64,000 nucleotides of DNA from Narcine bancroftii. Taxonomy: Eukaryota. The notes beneath the pieces are model-generated. The model was given only the letters and a program-made list of their open reading frames with translations, was not told the DNA's origin and did not search any database. Below, in pieces: positions 35,847 to 48,530 of the stretch. The DNA lies in contig NC_091469.1 of the NCBI RefSeq assembly GCF_036971445.1, forward strand, positions 212,784,001-212,848,000, given 5' to 3'. The stretch's first letter is position 1; each line of letters starts with the position of its first letter. A program made the translations under genes and the position numbers.

Positions 35847-37409
35847 TTCGTCAGGACAATGCTTACAAAAGTCGGGTGGTTAAAAGACACAGCTTCAATG
35901 TTTCAACGTGAATCTGCCCATGCCCATGTTCAGACGTGGCAACTTCGGACTGATGTGGGATGGACTAGACTCTTTACTGAGAACTGGAGCCTGATACTCG
36001 CAACCCTAATAAGCAGCTGGACTCGCTACTCTGACCTTCATGGTGCTCCCCTACCTAAAGACTTTACACAGGTATTACAATTCGGTTATTGACCAGCTGG
36101 GTAAAACAACACCTTACACTTGAAAGATCAGTATTACTGATCTAAAAGAAAAGTGAGGGGGGGGGGGGTGGGGGGAATCAGTCACACTGACACTAGTAAC
36201 CAAAGATCAGTAACACTGATCATGGTGAAAGATCAGTATTACTGATCTAAAAGAAAAGTGAGGATTGTGAGAGATGGGAAAATTGATCTAAAATTATGAA
36301 CATGGAAGAAACTAAAATTCATCAGTTAATGGCTGTAACCAGTACAAACAGGATAAGCTTGGGGGTTAGGATGCAGGAAAGCAGAGTCAGCACGATTAAC
36401 ATAAGAATCTTCTTGTCTTTGTGACAAGACCATAAGACTAAGAAAAGGAATGGTAAGGTACAATAGAATGTAGGAAGTTGAGGTAGTCTGGATCAGATAA
36501 AGGTCTCCTAGCCCTGGACAGAAGTACCAAGTCCTACATATCTAATTAGCTAACCATACACAGATTTATACATATGAAATTAGCCAACCCTAGATAGAAT
36601 GAGTCAACTCCGCATACCAAGAGATTGTAGCCCCGAGATTCAGGAAGGTGTGAATAAGGACAATGACAAGATGGGACACCCACAGGATACCCCCTGGTCC
36701 TCCAAGTGTACTGAAACTGCACTTAGGCAGGAAGGATTACCTATGCCAAACCCATCCAGGGGGCAGAAGAATGTAAGGGGGAGGGCACTCTGATACTGAA
36801 ATTGACTGTATAAAAGTTGGGTGAGCCCCAGTATGTGTGTGTATTCCCAGGGTAAGGGGAAGCACCCAACTTTGCATTGTTGTAGTAATAAATGTTCTTT
36901 GTTCTCAATTTTTGTCTTGAGCAATTTCTTTAAAGGTACTTTAATTTCTAACAAAAGCACATTACAATTTTCTTTGGAGAAGCTCCTAAGCGCCGGGAGC
37001 CTTGAAGTCGACTAACATCACTCAGAAGCACATGCACGCTTCAAAATCTGGAGGCACACGGTCGAAGCAATCATCGAGGCACATGCCAACGTCCTTGACT
37101 CTGACAGGAAAAAACTAGTCCTGCTCCACTTAAAGTTGGGTCCCCGGCCATCAAGGACTGCACTGAGTACTCGGAGGCAATGAACACCCTGGAAACCAAA
37201 TATAATCCCCCAACGAACGTGGTCTTCGTCAGGTACCTTCTAAATATTCATGCCCAGCAGCCCGGAGAGACCGCCGAGTCACCTGGGAGCCCTGCGTGAG
37301 TTGGCTTGACCTTGCATGGCAGAACCTGGGGTGACCGAAAAGCAGGTTGAAAAGTTGATCAGCGACACTTGCACTCGAGAGCCATCAGGCAGAAGCTGCT
37401 GGTGGACAA

Positions 37410-38280
37410 TATTTCTTTTTTTGGCTTGTCTTCGTGGACGAAGATTTATGGAGGGGGTAAATGTCCACATCAGCTACAGGCTCGTTTGTGGCTGACAAGT
37501 CCGATGCAGGACAGGCAGACACAGTTGCAGCGGTTGCAAGGGAAAATTGGTTGGTTTGGTTTGGGTGTTGGGTTTTTCCTCCTTTGTCTTTTGACAGTGA
37601 GGTGGGCTCTGCGGTCTTCTTCAAAAGAGATTGCTGCCCGCCGAACTGTGAGGCGCCAAGATGCACGGTTTGAGGCGATATCAGCCCACTGGCGATGGTC
37701 AATGTGGCAGGCACCAAGAGCTTGAGGCAGTCCTTGTACCTCTTCTTTGGTGCACCTCTGTCTCGGTGGCCAGTGGAGAGCTCGCCATATAACACGATCT
37801 TGGGAAGGCAATGGTCCTCCATTCTGGAGATGTGACCTACCCAGCGCAGTTGGATCTTCAGCAGCGTGGATTCGATGCTGTCGGCCTCTGCCATCTTGAG
37901 CATTTCGATGTTGGAGATGAAGTCACTCCAATGAATGTTGAGGATAGAGTGGAGACAACGCTGGTGGAGGTGTTCTAGGAGCCGTAGGTGATGCCGGTAA
38001 AGGACCCATGATTCGGAGCCGAACAGGAGTGTGGATATGACAACGGCTCTGTATACGCTAATCTTTGTGAGGTTTTTCAGTTGGTTGTTTTTCCAGACTC
38101 TTTTGTGTAGTCTTCCAAAGGCGCTATTTGCCTTGGTGAGTCTGTTTTCTATCTCTTTGTCGATCCTTGCATCCGATGAAATGGTGCAGCCAAGATAGGT
38201 AAACTGGTTGACTGTTTTGAGTTTTGAGTGCCCGATGGAGATGTGTGGGGGCTGGTGTTCATGGTGGGGAGCTGTACACC
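37410..38280 (-). mobile_element. RTE-clade LINE, 5'-truncated
   Basis: QLRWVGHISRMEDHCLPKIVLYGEL..GAPKKRYKD and C-terminal C2H2-like FPCNRC..GLVSHKRAC. Confidence 0.9.
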
Positions 38281-41200
38281 TCCACCATCAGGGAACTGCG
38301 ACTTGGACCCTGAGTGGTCCTAGTGGCCACCACCCAGATCAGGGACATCCCTCGCGGCCTCGGGCATTCCATGATGGACGTCAAAATCAACGGGCAGGTA
38401 ACAAAGTGCCTAATCGACAGTGGCAGCACCGAGAGCTTCATTCACCCGAGCGTGGTCCGTTCTCTGAAACTCAAAATCCACCCCATCTCCTTCTCTATTG
38501 CCTTCACCACCCAGGACCGAAGTATTAATACCCTCGGGTGCTGCTCGGCCGATTTGACTGTGGGGGCGGAGACATACACCAGGTTCAGGCTCCTGGTCAA
38601 GTCCAAACACTGCACCCCAGTCCTCCTGGGCAGACTTTCAATGTCACCTGCAGAGCATCACCCTCACCTTCGTGGGTGCCCCTGCACACATGAATGCTCC
38701 ACAGCGCACTGTCCAAACAGCCCTGGCCAACCTGTGGCCTCTCCACTCTGTGCATCACCCATCCCACCCTCTTCTCACACCTCACGCCAGACTGCAAGCC
38801 AATAGCTACCAGAAGTACCCACTATTGTGCCGCGGACAGAGACTTCATCAGGGCAGAGGTGTCATAGAACCCAGCAAGAGCCATTGGAGAGCCTAAGTCT
38901 TGGTGGTCAAAGTAGGCAGTAAGCCGAGGATGGTCATAGATTACAGCCAGACCATCAACAGGCACACCCAGCTGGATGCCTACCCCTTACCGCGGATAGC
39001 CGACATGGTCAATGAAATAGCCTGCTACAGGGTCTTCTCCACAATTGACCTGAAGTCGGCCTATCACCAATTCCCCATCCACCCGCCCGGGACAAGCCTT
39101 TCACTACCTTCGAGGTGGACGGGCACCTCTACCAGTTCCGCTGAGTTCAATTTGGGGTCACGAATGGGGTCTCCATCTTCCAGCGGGAGATAGATCACAT
39201 GGTAGACCAGCACAAATTAAAAGCAACCTTCCCGTACCTGAATAATGTCACCATCTGTGGCCATGACCAGCAGGACCATGATGCAAACCTGGAGAAATTT
39301 CTCTGAGCGGCCACAGTGCTTAACCTCACGTACAATAAAGAGAAGTGTGTGTTCAGCACCCACCGCCTCGCCATCCTGGGATACATCGTGGCACATGGTG
39401 TCATCAGCCCGGATCCAGAACAGATGCGCCCTTTAATGGAGCTACCCCTCCCAAACGTGCTCAAGGCCCTCTGGAGGTGCCTTGGCCTTTTTTCCTGTTA
39501 CTCACAGTGAGTTCCCTGCTTCTCGGACAAGGTCTGCCCACTGGCCCAGGCCACCAACTTTCCTCTCCTACCTGAGGTGCAGGCAGCCTTCACGTGCATC
39601 AGGCAGGACATTGCGGACGCCACAATGCATGCCATGGACAAGGACTCCCCTTCCAGGTGGAGAGCGATGCCTCTGATGTGGGCCTCACTGCTACCCTTAA
39701 CCAGAAGGGGTGCCCTGTTGACTTCTTCTCCAGAACTTTCCACGGTTCTGAGCTAGGGCACTCCACCATTGAAAAGGAGGCCCAGGCGATCGTGGAAGCA
39801 GTCCACCACTGGCACCACTACCTGGCTAGCAGAAGATTCACTTTCCTCACTGACCAGCATGCAGATGCGCTCATGTTTAGCACCACCCACAAAGGCAAGA
39901 TCAAGAACGATCAAGATCTTGCGCTGAAGAGTTGAGCTAGCAACGTACAGCTACGACATCCAGTATCAACCGAGGAAGCTTAAAGACTCCCCTGACGCCC
40001 TCTCCTGGACCTGCACGTTGCTCTATGGTGACCAGCGGCAGGCCCTGCCCAAGTCCCTCTGCGACCCAGGCATCACTCGTCTATATCATTTTATCAAGTC
40101 CCGAAACCTCCCATACACAGTCCAGGATGTCACGACCATGATCGAGCCATGCCAGGTCTGCGCGGAATGCAAGTCTCACTTCTTCCACCTGCCCCAGGCC
40201 CACGTCGTAAAGGCCACCTCTTCAAACACCTCAGCAATGACTTCAAGGGCTCCTGCCTTCCATGAAACAGAATGACTATTTCCTCGCAGTCATAGACAAG
40301 TACTCCCACCTCCCCTTCACTATCCCATGCCCAAACACCTCCATGGCTACCGACATCAGTGTGCTAATGCAAATCTTCACCATGTTCAGCTACCCCCCAT
40401 TCATCCACAGAAACCAGGGATCCAGCTTCATGAGTGAGGAGCTGCGCCAGTACCTGACTGCAAGGGGCATCACGACTAGTCGCACGACTAGTCGCACGAC
40501 TAGTTACAATCCAAGAGGTAATGGGCAGGTAGAGTGTGAAAATGGAGTAATCTGGAAGGCAGTCCTCCTGGCCCTTAAGTCCAAGGGCTGGTCCACAGAG
40601 TACTGGCAGGACGCCATCCTCGAGGCACTCCATGTCATCAGGTCATTCCTGTGCACGGCTACCAACAAGACCCCTCTCATATGCCTGTTTTAGTTCCCAA
40701 GGAAATCGATGAGTGTAATCTCATTCCCAGCATGGCTCATGACCCTGGGACTGGTGCTCCTGCGTAGATACATGCAGGCACACAAAGCCAACCCCCTGGT
40801 TGAGCAGGCGTTCCTCCTACACGCCAACCACAACTACATCTACATTAGGTTCCCCAGCGGCAGGGAGGACACCATCTCAACCAGGAACCTGGCACCAGCG
40901 GGACCACCCACTGCAGCACAACAGCCTCCATCACCCCAGGACCACGCCAGCCCTACACATCTCCCCTGACCAAGACAGCTATGGGTCACCCAGGACCACC
41001 TTGGCCTGCCACGCTTTCCATACCCCGGGCATCCTGGACACACTGAAATCATGGGGGATGACCCTGCTCCCCCACCCATTCAACACCTCACACATGCTCC
41101 AAATCCGACCACCCCAGCTTCCCACCATGCTAGCCACTCCAGCCCCCGCCCCAGCCCCCCTGACTAGCCCTTGTTTATCCTCACCGACCCTGGAGCCAAC

Positions 41201-42899
41201 CCTGTGACATTCACAGAGACTCCGACAGCCACTGGACCATCTAAATTTGTAAATATGTACATATGTTTGGGGCTTGCAGAACATTGGATGTAACCTCCAC
41301 CCCCCCACCCTGGGACAATTTTAAAGGGGGTGAATGTGGTGATACACCACTAGCCTACTGAAGCGGGTGACCTGTGTACCTGCAGGAAGATCACCGGAGG
41401 GCAAGGCAACAACTGGCCAGCTGTCAATCAGCCGACTTGACTGGACCAAGCCCCACCTGGTCGGCTGCCAATCATTTGCCAGGATATAAGCCACATCTGT
41501 CCCCTCGAGGTCAGTCACATGGAACCAGCACAGCTAACCACAGCTAACTGCAGCAGGGACGTAAAGTGGAATAAAGCTTGTTGATCAGTCTTTAAGATTT
41601 GTGTCTGCTTTCTGTATGACAGCGCACCACAGGTGATATTCTGTGGAATTTCACCAAGCAGGAATATTGTCATCGGGAAGTTTCACGTTATCAGGATATT
41701 CCCTGTGTGGAGGATCCAAGAGCTGATGGAATTTCACAAATGAGATGCAGAGTGTTGCAGCAGGTAGTGCTGCTGTGGCACTGTTCCAGTGAGAAAGGTC
41801 CTGACTTTGGATTTTTCTATGCAGGTTCGATACTTTCTCCATGTCATAGTGATGTTTCCCTGGATGCTCAAAGGTCTTCACACATGTGAATGAAAGAAAT
41901 AGAAGGAGGAGCAGGCCATCCAGCCCATCGGGACTGCTCCGCCATTTAAGTACATCATGGCTGACCAGGCCATGGACTTCACTTCCCTCCCTTTGTACCC
42001 CAGGACCCTTTGTTCCCCAACTGTACACTATCTATCTCCAGGACACGCCGGTGGGTTAACTAGTGATTGAAAATGGATCCCAATTTAAATGGATGTCAGA
42101 GCAGTGAGGGGCTGTTGGAGGGGATGAGAGAAAACAGGGAAAGGGATGAATGATCTGTGAATCACCAGCATCCAGTCGTCCAATGAACTATGTGAAATCA
42201 GGAGGTCCAATGATGGGGAGAGGGTAGGAGAACGTGGAGCCCAGGAGCTCGCAGACCACAGAGGGGAAAAAAGGCACAAAAGGTGCAAAGAACAAGATTA
42301 GATCACTTACCTGCCAAAGATGGGAAAGAAAAACACCAGCAAGCAAAAGATAACCAGTAAGGCGATTGTGAATAGAGAGGCTCGATTCAGCCCTACTCGA
42401 TGGGATCAAGATGGCGTGAGAGTTCGCGGACCCAGTACCCTAATGGCCCCAATGGTGGGGGCAGTGATGCGACCTGAGGAGAGTACCCAGGGCTCGGCTG
42501 GGTAAATGGTCAGCAGTGAGGCCACCAATCCAAAAAGAGGCGACGATGAGGTCAGGGACCAGTCATCGGGAGATGGGGGCCCAGGGAGGGTACCAACTCC
42601 CATGGTGGCCAGAACCTCAGGGGCACTCTAGCCCGAAGCCCAATGGGACAGTAAGAGCGTGAGGAGGGGATGTGTGGGAGACCTCAGTCCCTTAGCAGAA
42701 GAGACAGGAGATGCTAGCGCATCAAGCGACAGAGGGAACAGCCCACCCCCCCCCCCCACCCGAGCAAAGAGCGCAAGGCACACAAATGCAAAGCACGACG
42801 ACCGGCAGACATGGGAAAGGGGTGCACAGGAGACCTTGGCCCCGCGGCAGCAGAGGCCGTGACTGGCTCATCCAGCAAGAATGATGACTGGCAGGCAGG

Positions 42900-45800
42900 G
42901 GAAGAGGGGAGGGGTGGGACATCCTGATCCTGCAGATGAAGAGGCAGCTGATGGTGCAACGGACCCCACCCAGTGATGGTGGAGGCGAAGGGGTGGCCAG
43001 TAGCAGTCGCAAGAGGGACGATGTCAGGGCAGTACGAGGTGGCCAAGATGGCGGTGGCAGGGAGAGGAGAGGGGCCCTCGTTGTGGGTTATCCTGGAGGA
43101 GATGGGGAAAATGGAAAAATTATTAACTTTGGACTTGAGCATAAAAGCAGGACAGTTGGACACTAAACTGGACAGATGTGAAAATGTGTTAAATGTTTTA
43201 AAAGGAAAAGTGGCTGAGGTAGAGAGAGCAATGAGAGAATAGTGAAGCTGGAGAAAGGTGAGGAAGGAGCCTCCTCTGGCAGAAAATTGATGCCCTAGAA
43301 AATTATAATAGGTGAAATAGAATAAAAATTGTGGGATTGTAAGAGGGCAAAAGGTAGGGAGGGGGGAACCCTGTTGCCTTTTTCCTGTGCTGGTAGCCAG
43401 AGACCCTGGGGAGGGAGAAGCTAGGAGAGTCAATGGAAATAGAAGGGGTCCATAGGTCCTTTCTCTTATGCCCGGTCCCTGGTTAGAGTCCATGCTCGGT
43501 GCTGGTGAAGCTGTTGTGCTACCAGGACTGGGAAAACTTTGAGTGCTGCAGTCACGGGGGCGAGACTGGGGTGGAACGCTTGAACTGGATGGTAACACAG
43601 TGATTTTCTACCTGGATAGAAGTGGAGCCCTGCTGCACCAAAGGAAAGAGTTGGAGCCAATAAAGAGGGTAGCAAAGCAGAAGGGATACAAGACTACAAT
43701 TAGATACCCAGCCACTCTGAAGATATCGATCAGGGTGGGCAGAAAAAATTCTTCTCCGAAGCAAAGGAAGCCTTGCAGTTTGTCAGGCAGCTTCCAGATT
43801 GTAATAACTAACAATACTGGAATGGAATTTATTAAGATACAATAATTAGGAGTCTAAAATAAGTGGTCAATGTTTCATGGAAAGTGAGAATAATGATAGT
43901 GGGCTAATAAGGATTAAGATTTTATTGTTTGTGCATAAAAATAAGAATGGGGAAGAAAGAATGCGACAAGAGGAATGGTCTGGGGTGCTTGGGGAGGTGG
44001 GTGGAGAGGTGGAAGAGTGCAAGATGCACAACCTATTATATGGAGGGGGATGATGACAAAGCGAGGGAAACAGTCACCAAAGGAGGGAGAGGAGGATGAT
44101 GGATGGAATGAGGGTGTGGATGGGGGATCTATGTGGGGTCAATTTGCTGTTCTGTTTTTTTTCTCTTTTTTGGGCTTGCTGTCTTTGTCCTTGTATTATT
44201 TTCCCAGGGTTTGTCACGGACCTGGTGAGCTGGAGCAGACAGAAGGTAAAAGGTTGGATGAACGATGGATATGTGGTAGGGGAGGTGCAGAAGAAACACA
44301 ACTCTGAGAGTCTTCAAGCCAATAGCTAAGAGTATAGAGTAAGTTAGTTTCAATGTTAATGGCTTGAATGGAATGGTGAAGAGTAAAAGAGTTTTGGCAA
44401 ACATTAAAAAAATGGCAGTGGACCTGGCCTTTCTCAAAGAAATTCACTTAACAAAGCAAGACACCAAAAATTGAAAAGGGGAGGGTGGGCCAGGTAATAG
44501 CCTCCTCATTTGGCTCAAAGGCAAGGGGAATGCAATTCTGATAGGGAAGAGTACAGAGTATGACTACAAATAAAACAGGAAGATTTATACTGGTGCACTG
44601 TCAGATATATTCAGTACCATGGACTTTAGTAAATGTGTATGCCCCCAACTTCGATGATGAAAGGTTCATATAGGATATCTTCCTGAGATTGGCAGAGGGA
44701 AAAGACAACATCTTGGTGAGGGGAAGATTTTAATTTTTTGTTTGGATCCTGTCCTAGATAAGTAAACAAAGAAAATAATTAAAATAAAGGCAATGAGGGC
44801 TACTATTGATGGTATGAAGGAGCTGAATTTGATAGACACATGGAGACAGAAGCAACCGAGGGAGAGGACTACTCCTTCTACTCAAAGCAATATGACTCCT
44901 ACTCTAGAACAGAATTTTCCTGGCTTCAGCCCATGTAGAGGGTAGGATCATGGAGGCTGAGTACACAGCAAGATTTCTCTCATACCATTCACCTCTGATA
45001 TTAATGTTGGAAATGCCAGATAAGCAGGATGCGGCATACAAGTGATGTCTCAATGCATTGCTGTTAAAGAAGCCAGAGTTTTGTAAGAGCCCAGATAGAT
45101 GTGTTCTGTGAGGCCAACTGTACCTCTAGTCCAGATAAATTCTTCTTATGGAATACCCTGAAAACATATTTGAGGGGTCAAATAATTGGATGCACTAAAA
45201 TAGTAAAGAAGGAATACACGAGGGAGGTGGATGAAATAGATCAAGAATTGTTCACCTAGAAAGGACTTGCAAAAATCAAGCTCAGAAGACTGTTATAGGG
45301 CTTTAACAAACAAGAAATTGAAATATAATACGCTCCAAAAGTATAGTATGGAAAAGGCCATAATATAGTCAAAAAAATATTATGAATTGGGTGAGAAAGC
45401 CTATAAAGTGTTCTCTTGGCAGCTGAGGACAGAGCAGGCTTCAATGTTGATCAATGCAATACAAACTGGGAATGACTGAATCTCGTAGAAGCTAGAAGAG
45501 ATTAACAAGACCTTGCAGGAATTCTGTGAGGGTTTATATAAATCAGAAATGGTGGGGGGATGGGTGGTCTGGTAAAACTGACGAGCTCCTGTCTAAAGTA
45601 GAGTTATAAAATTTAGACCCAGAAGAGCAGGAGGGCCTAGATCATGCCTTCACAGAAGAAGAGTTAGGGAAAGCATTGAACTCATTGCAGACTAACCAGT
45701 CTTCAGGCAAAAATGGGTTTCCACACAAATTTTATAAGGAATTGGAAGATTTATTAATGCTTCTCTATTTGGAGATGGCAGATGAGGCAATGGAGACCCA

Positions 45801-46935
45801 AACCCTCCCAGAATCTTTTTTGATGGCAATATTCATGACATTCCTAAATAAAGACAAAAGATCTGCTGATGCCATCTATAGCTCTATTTCATTGATTAAC
45901 ACAGGCTATGAGATACTTGTCAAAGCCCTGGCAAATAGATTGGTGAGGCATTTGCTGAAATTAATAAAGACCAAGCAGGCTTTGTGCAAAAAAGACAGGC
46001 AGTGGATAACATTGGTGGACTGCTCAGAATAATGCATCTGGCACAAACCAGAATCAAGAGGGGTCTGGCTGTGGCCCTGGATGCAGAAAAGGCATTTGAC
46101 AGATCAGAGTGGGACTTTTTATTCAAAATGCTGGGAAAATTGGGGGTAGGACCAACTTTTATAAATTGGATAAGGGCGCTGTACCACATGCCCAAGACTA
46201 AAGTTGTGACCAATGGACAAATTCCTACAGCCTTCCCATCGACAATAGCAAGTAGACAAGGGTACCTGTTATCTCCAGCTCTGTTCTTACTGGCCATGGA
46301 ACCGCTGGCCGAAGCCATTCGCCCAGATCCAGATATCAAAAGTTTTAGAGCAGGCCAGGAAGAACATAAAATCAATTTATTTGTCAAAGACATATTGATA
46401 TATCTGAAAAACCCAGCAAACCCGTTGTCCATGCCAAGCTGAGCTCTACTCTGGAGGACTATGGGGAGATCTCCGGGTATAAGGTCAATTGGGATGAGCA
46501 AAATCATGCCACTTATGTATTTCTTGTGCCAAGCGGAAAGACCGAAACCAGCCTTTCATAAATCAAGACAGAGGTGGGAGTCGGATTTAGGGATATCAAT
46601 TGACGAGCGCTGCTGGTCCAACCTATGTCAGACCAGAATGACTGCAATTATTAATGCATGGTACAGGCTGGTGCAATACAACTTCTTGCACCAGGTGTAC
46701 CTGATGCTGCAAAAACTGAACAGATCTAATCCAGAATTATCAGACCATTGCTTCAGATGTGGCATTTGTGCACACAACCTGGAAATGCACCAATGTGAGA
46801 CCTTTCTGGGTGGAAAAAAATTATGTAAAGAATTCCCACAAAAATGTGCTGTTTCGAGTTGGGGAGGGACAGAGGCAGTGTCAGGGCATCTCAGAAGGAT
46901 CATATTCAGCCAGAAGGCACTCCCTTGACTTCCCT
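42900..46935 (+). mobile_element. Old degenerate L1 (second family)
   Basis: ORF1 relic (IRYPATLKI), endonuclease start near 44345, RT ALDAEKAFDRSEW, C-terminal LVQYNFLHQVY..CFRC. The 5' boundary may extend to ~42050. Confidence 0.8.
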
Positions 46936-46939
46936 TCAC

Positions 46940-47478
46940 CTTAAGAAATAAAGAATTTGGACTCGATTTGGATGGAGCACAAAAAAGATTTGTTATGATA
47001 GCCCTAGCTGTAGCAAAAAAAATGTATTATGTCAACCTGAAAATTAGAAGACAACTTGAGAATACAACAATGGTACAGAGAAATGAATAAATGTATTCCA
47101 TTAGAAAAAATAACATATAATTTAAGAAATAACATCACAATATTCGACCAAATATGGGAGCCATACATGAAATACAATAGAGAAATCCTACTATGGACTT
47201 CCACCACCTAAAATGACAGAAGGAGAAGACAACGAAAAGAACGGACTCAGTAAAATTTCGTTTATTTTTATTAAGTGACAACATTGTTTAACGGTTTTAA
47301 TGTATCTTATAGATTGAACTTCAAATAAATGAGAAAGGGGGTGAGGGAGGGAGGGAAGTGAGGAGGGAAAAAGGGGGAGAAAATGACACTGTATATATTC
47401 AAGAGAAAAAATGTCTGTATGTATCTTGGTCAATATGGTTTATAGTGTGAAAAATAAAAAAAATTAAAAAAAAGAAAA
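46940..47478 (+). mobile_element. 5'-truncated 3' end of the young L1 family
   Basis: Matches the reverse complement of ~16700-17245; ends in an A-rich tail. Confidence 0.85.
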
Positions 47479-47749
47479 TACACACCTTGGGAAACCCTGA
47501 TTTCTTAAGGAGGGAGACCACATGGTGTCCCAGATTCTCACCATTCGGGTACAGCAGCTCAGACCAGTCCACTGGTTTACCATGGTCCACTAGCATGCTG
47601 GCCATGCTCCCAAATCTCTCCCTCTCATCGGTCCACGTGGGAATCCCATCCTCAGGTGCCTGCACTGGCTTTCTTGCCCCTGTTCTGAACATCCCTCCTC
47701 ACGACTGTCTTCAAACAAGATCTTTGAGACCCTGCTCACAGCGCCAATT

Positions 47750-48530
47750 GTTGTGAGTGAAAAAACATTCGATGGGTCTCAAAAGCAAGGACTCTGAATG
47801 CAGTTTTGCGGTATATGAATTTATTAACAAAAGACAAGCACAGTTTATGGACAAACGTGGGAAAACTGCACCAGGAATAAAACACACACACACACATACA
47901 CAACGAAGTGGGTACAAACAAGGAAAAACAATATGATATCTGTCACCCCTTGACTCAGTGCAGGCACAGCTCTATGCTACTAGGGCACTAACGAAAACAC
48001 CGCCAACCCTGCGTTAAGTGTCCAAAGCCCCTTTCACACTTGCATCCCAGTAAATAAGCCGCTCAGTGTCTCGGGATAGGAATGGGGGTTTGGCCCTTCA
48101 CACTAGACCACTCCTAACTGGGATACTGAACGCTTTCACACTTGCAACGGTGTTTGGTCTGTTCTATCTTTAATAGGAAGTGCCTGCAATGTAATTGCCC
48201 ATTTCACACTTGCCTGATCTCAACACCGGTTTATGCAGATGCTGGGGATTGTTCTCAGGATTGAGGCCAACAATCCTCGGCGTGAGATGATGTCATCTCA
48301 CGCCAGCGTTGAGCAGATTTTGCTTTCACGCTTGCCACTTTAAAGGCCGATTGGCGCTTGATTCCTGGGATCACTGGCATGTGTAAAAGGGGCTCAAGCT
48401 GTGGTATTTACTCTGCATAATGCCTCTCAGCACACTCAGAGAATTGTAGTTTCAGCGTTTAATTACAATGTTACAGATCATAGTTACAATGTTACAGGTC
48501 ACAAACTAGCAGGAAACATTACATACATTT
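47750..48530 (-). mobile_element. LTR-like repeat interrupted by a MITE
   Basis: Minus-strand AATAAA and LTR-like composition; ends and TSD not resolved. Confidence 0.35.
48026..48394. mobile_element. PIF/Harbinger-like MITE
   Basis: TIRs agcccctttcacac../..gtgtaaaaggggct, 3-bp TSD CAA, internal tttcacact subrepeats. Confidence 0.8.

Larger units (their letters stand above)
30373..36953 (+). mobile_element. Endogenous retrovirus (class I, gamma/epsilon-like), internally deleted provirus
   Basis: Two 688-bp TG..CA LTRs (30373-31060, 36266-36953) with ~6 differences; 4-bp TSD AAAG; PBS; PPT; gag and integrase C-terminal relics. Confidence 0.95.
30110..41631 (+). mobile_element. Degenerate Gypsy LTR retrotransposon (host to ERV and RTE insertions)
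   Basis: 5' LTR 30110-30372 plus 36958-36966; 3' LTR 41335-41631; TSD GGTGA; PPT aaagggggtgaa. Relics of protease (LIDSGS, ~38410), RT (LDAYPLP..IDLKSAYHQ), RNase H (SDAS..IEKEAQAI) and integrase (YNPRGNGQVE). Confidence 0.9.

Noticed and set aside
34975-36120. ERV env gene
   Set aside because: No long ORF, furin site, immunosuppressive motif or TM segment recognised.
42714-43598. 294-aa minus-strand ORF
   Set aside because: Antisense to a purine-rich L1 ORF1 relic; low complexity with no recognisable domain.
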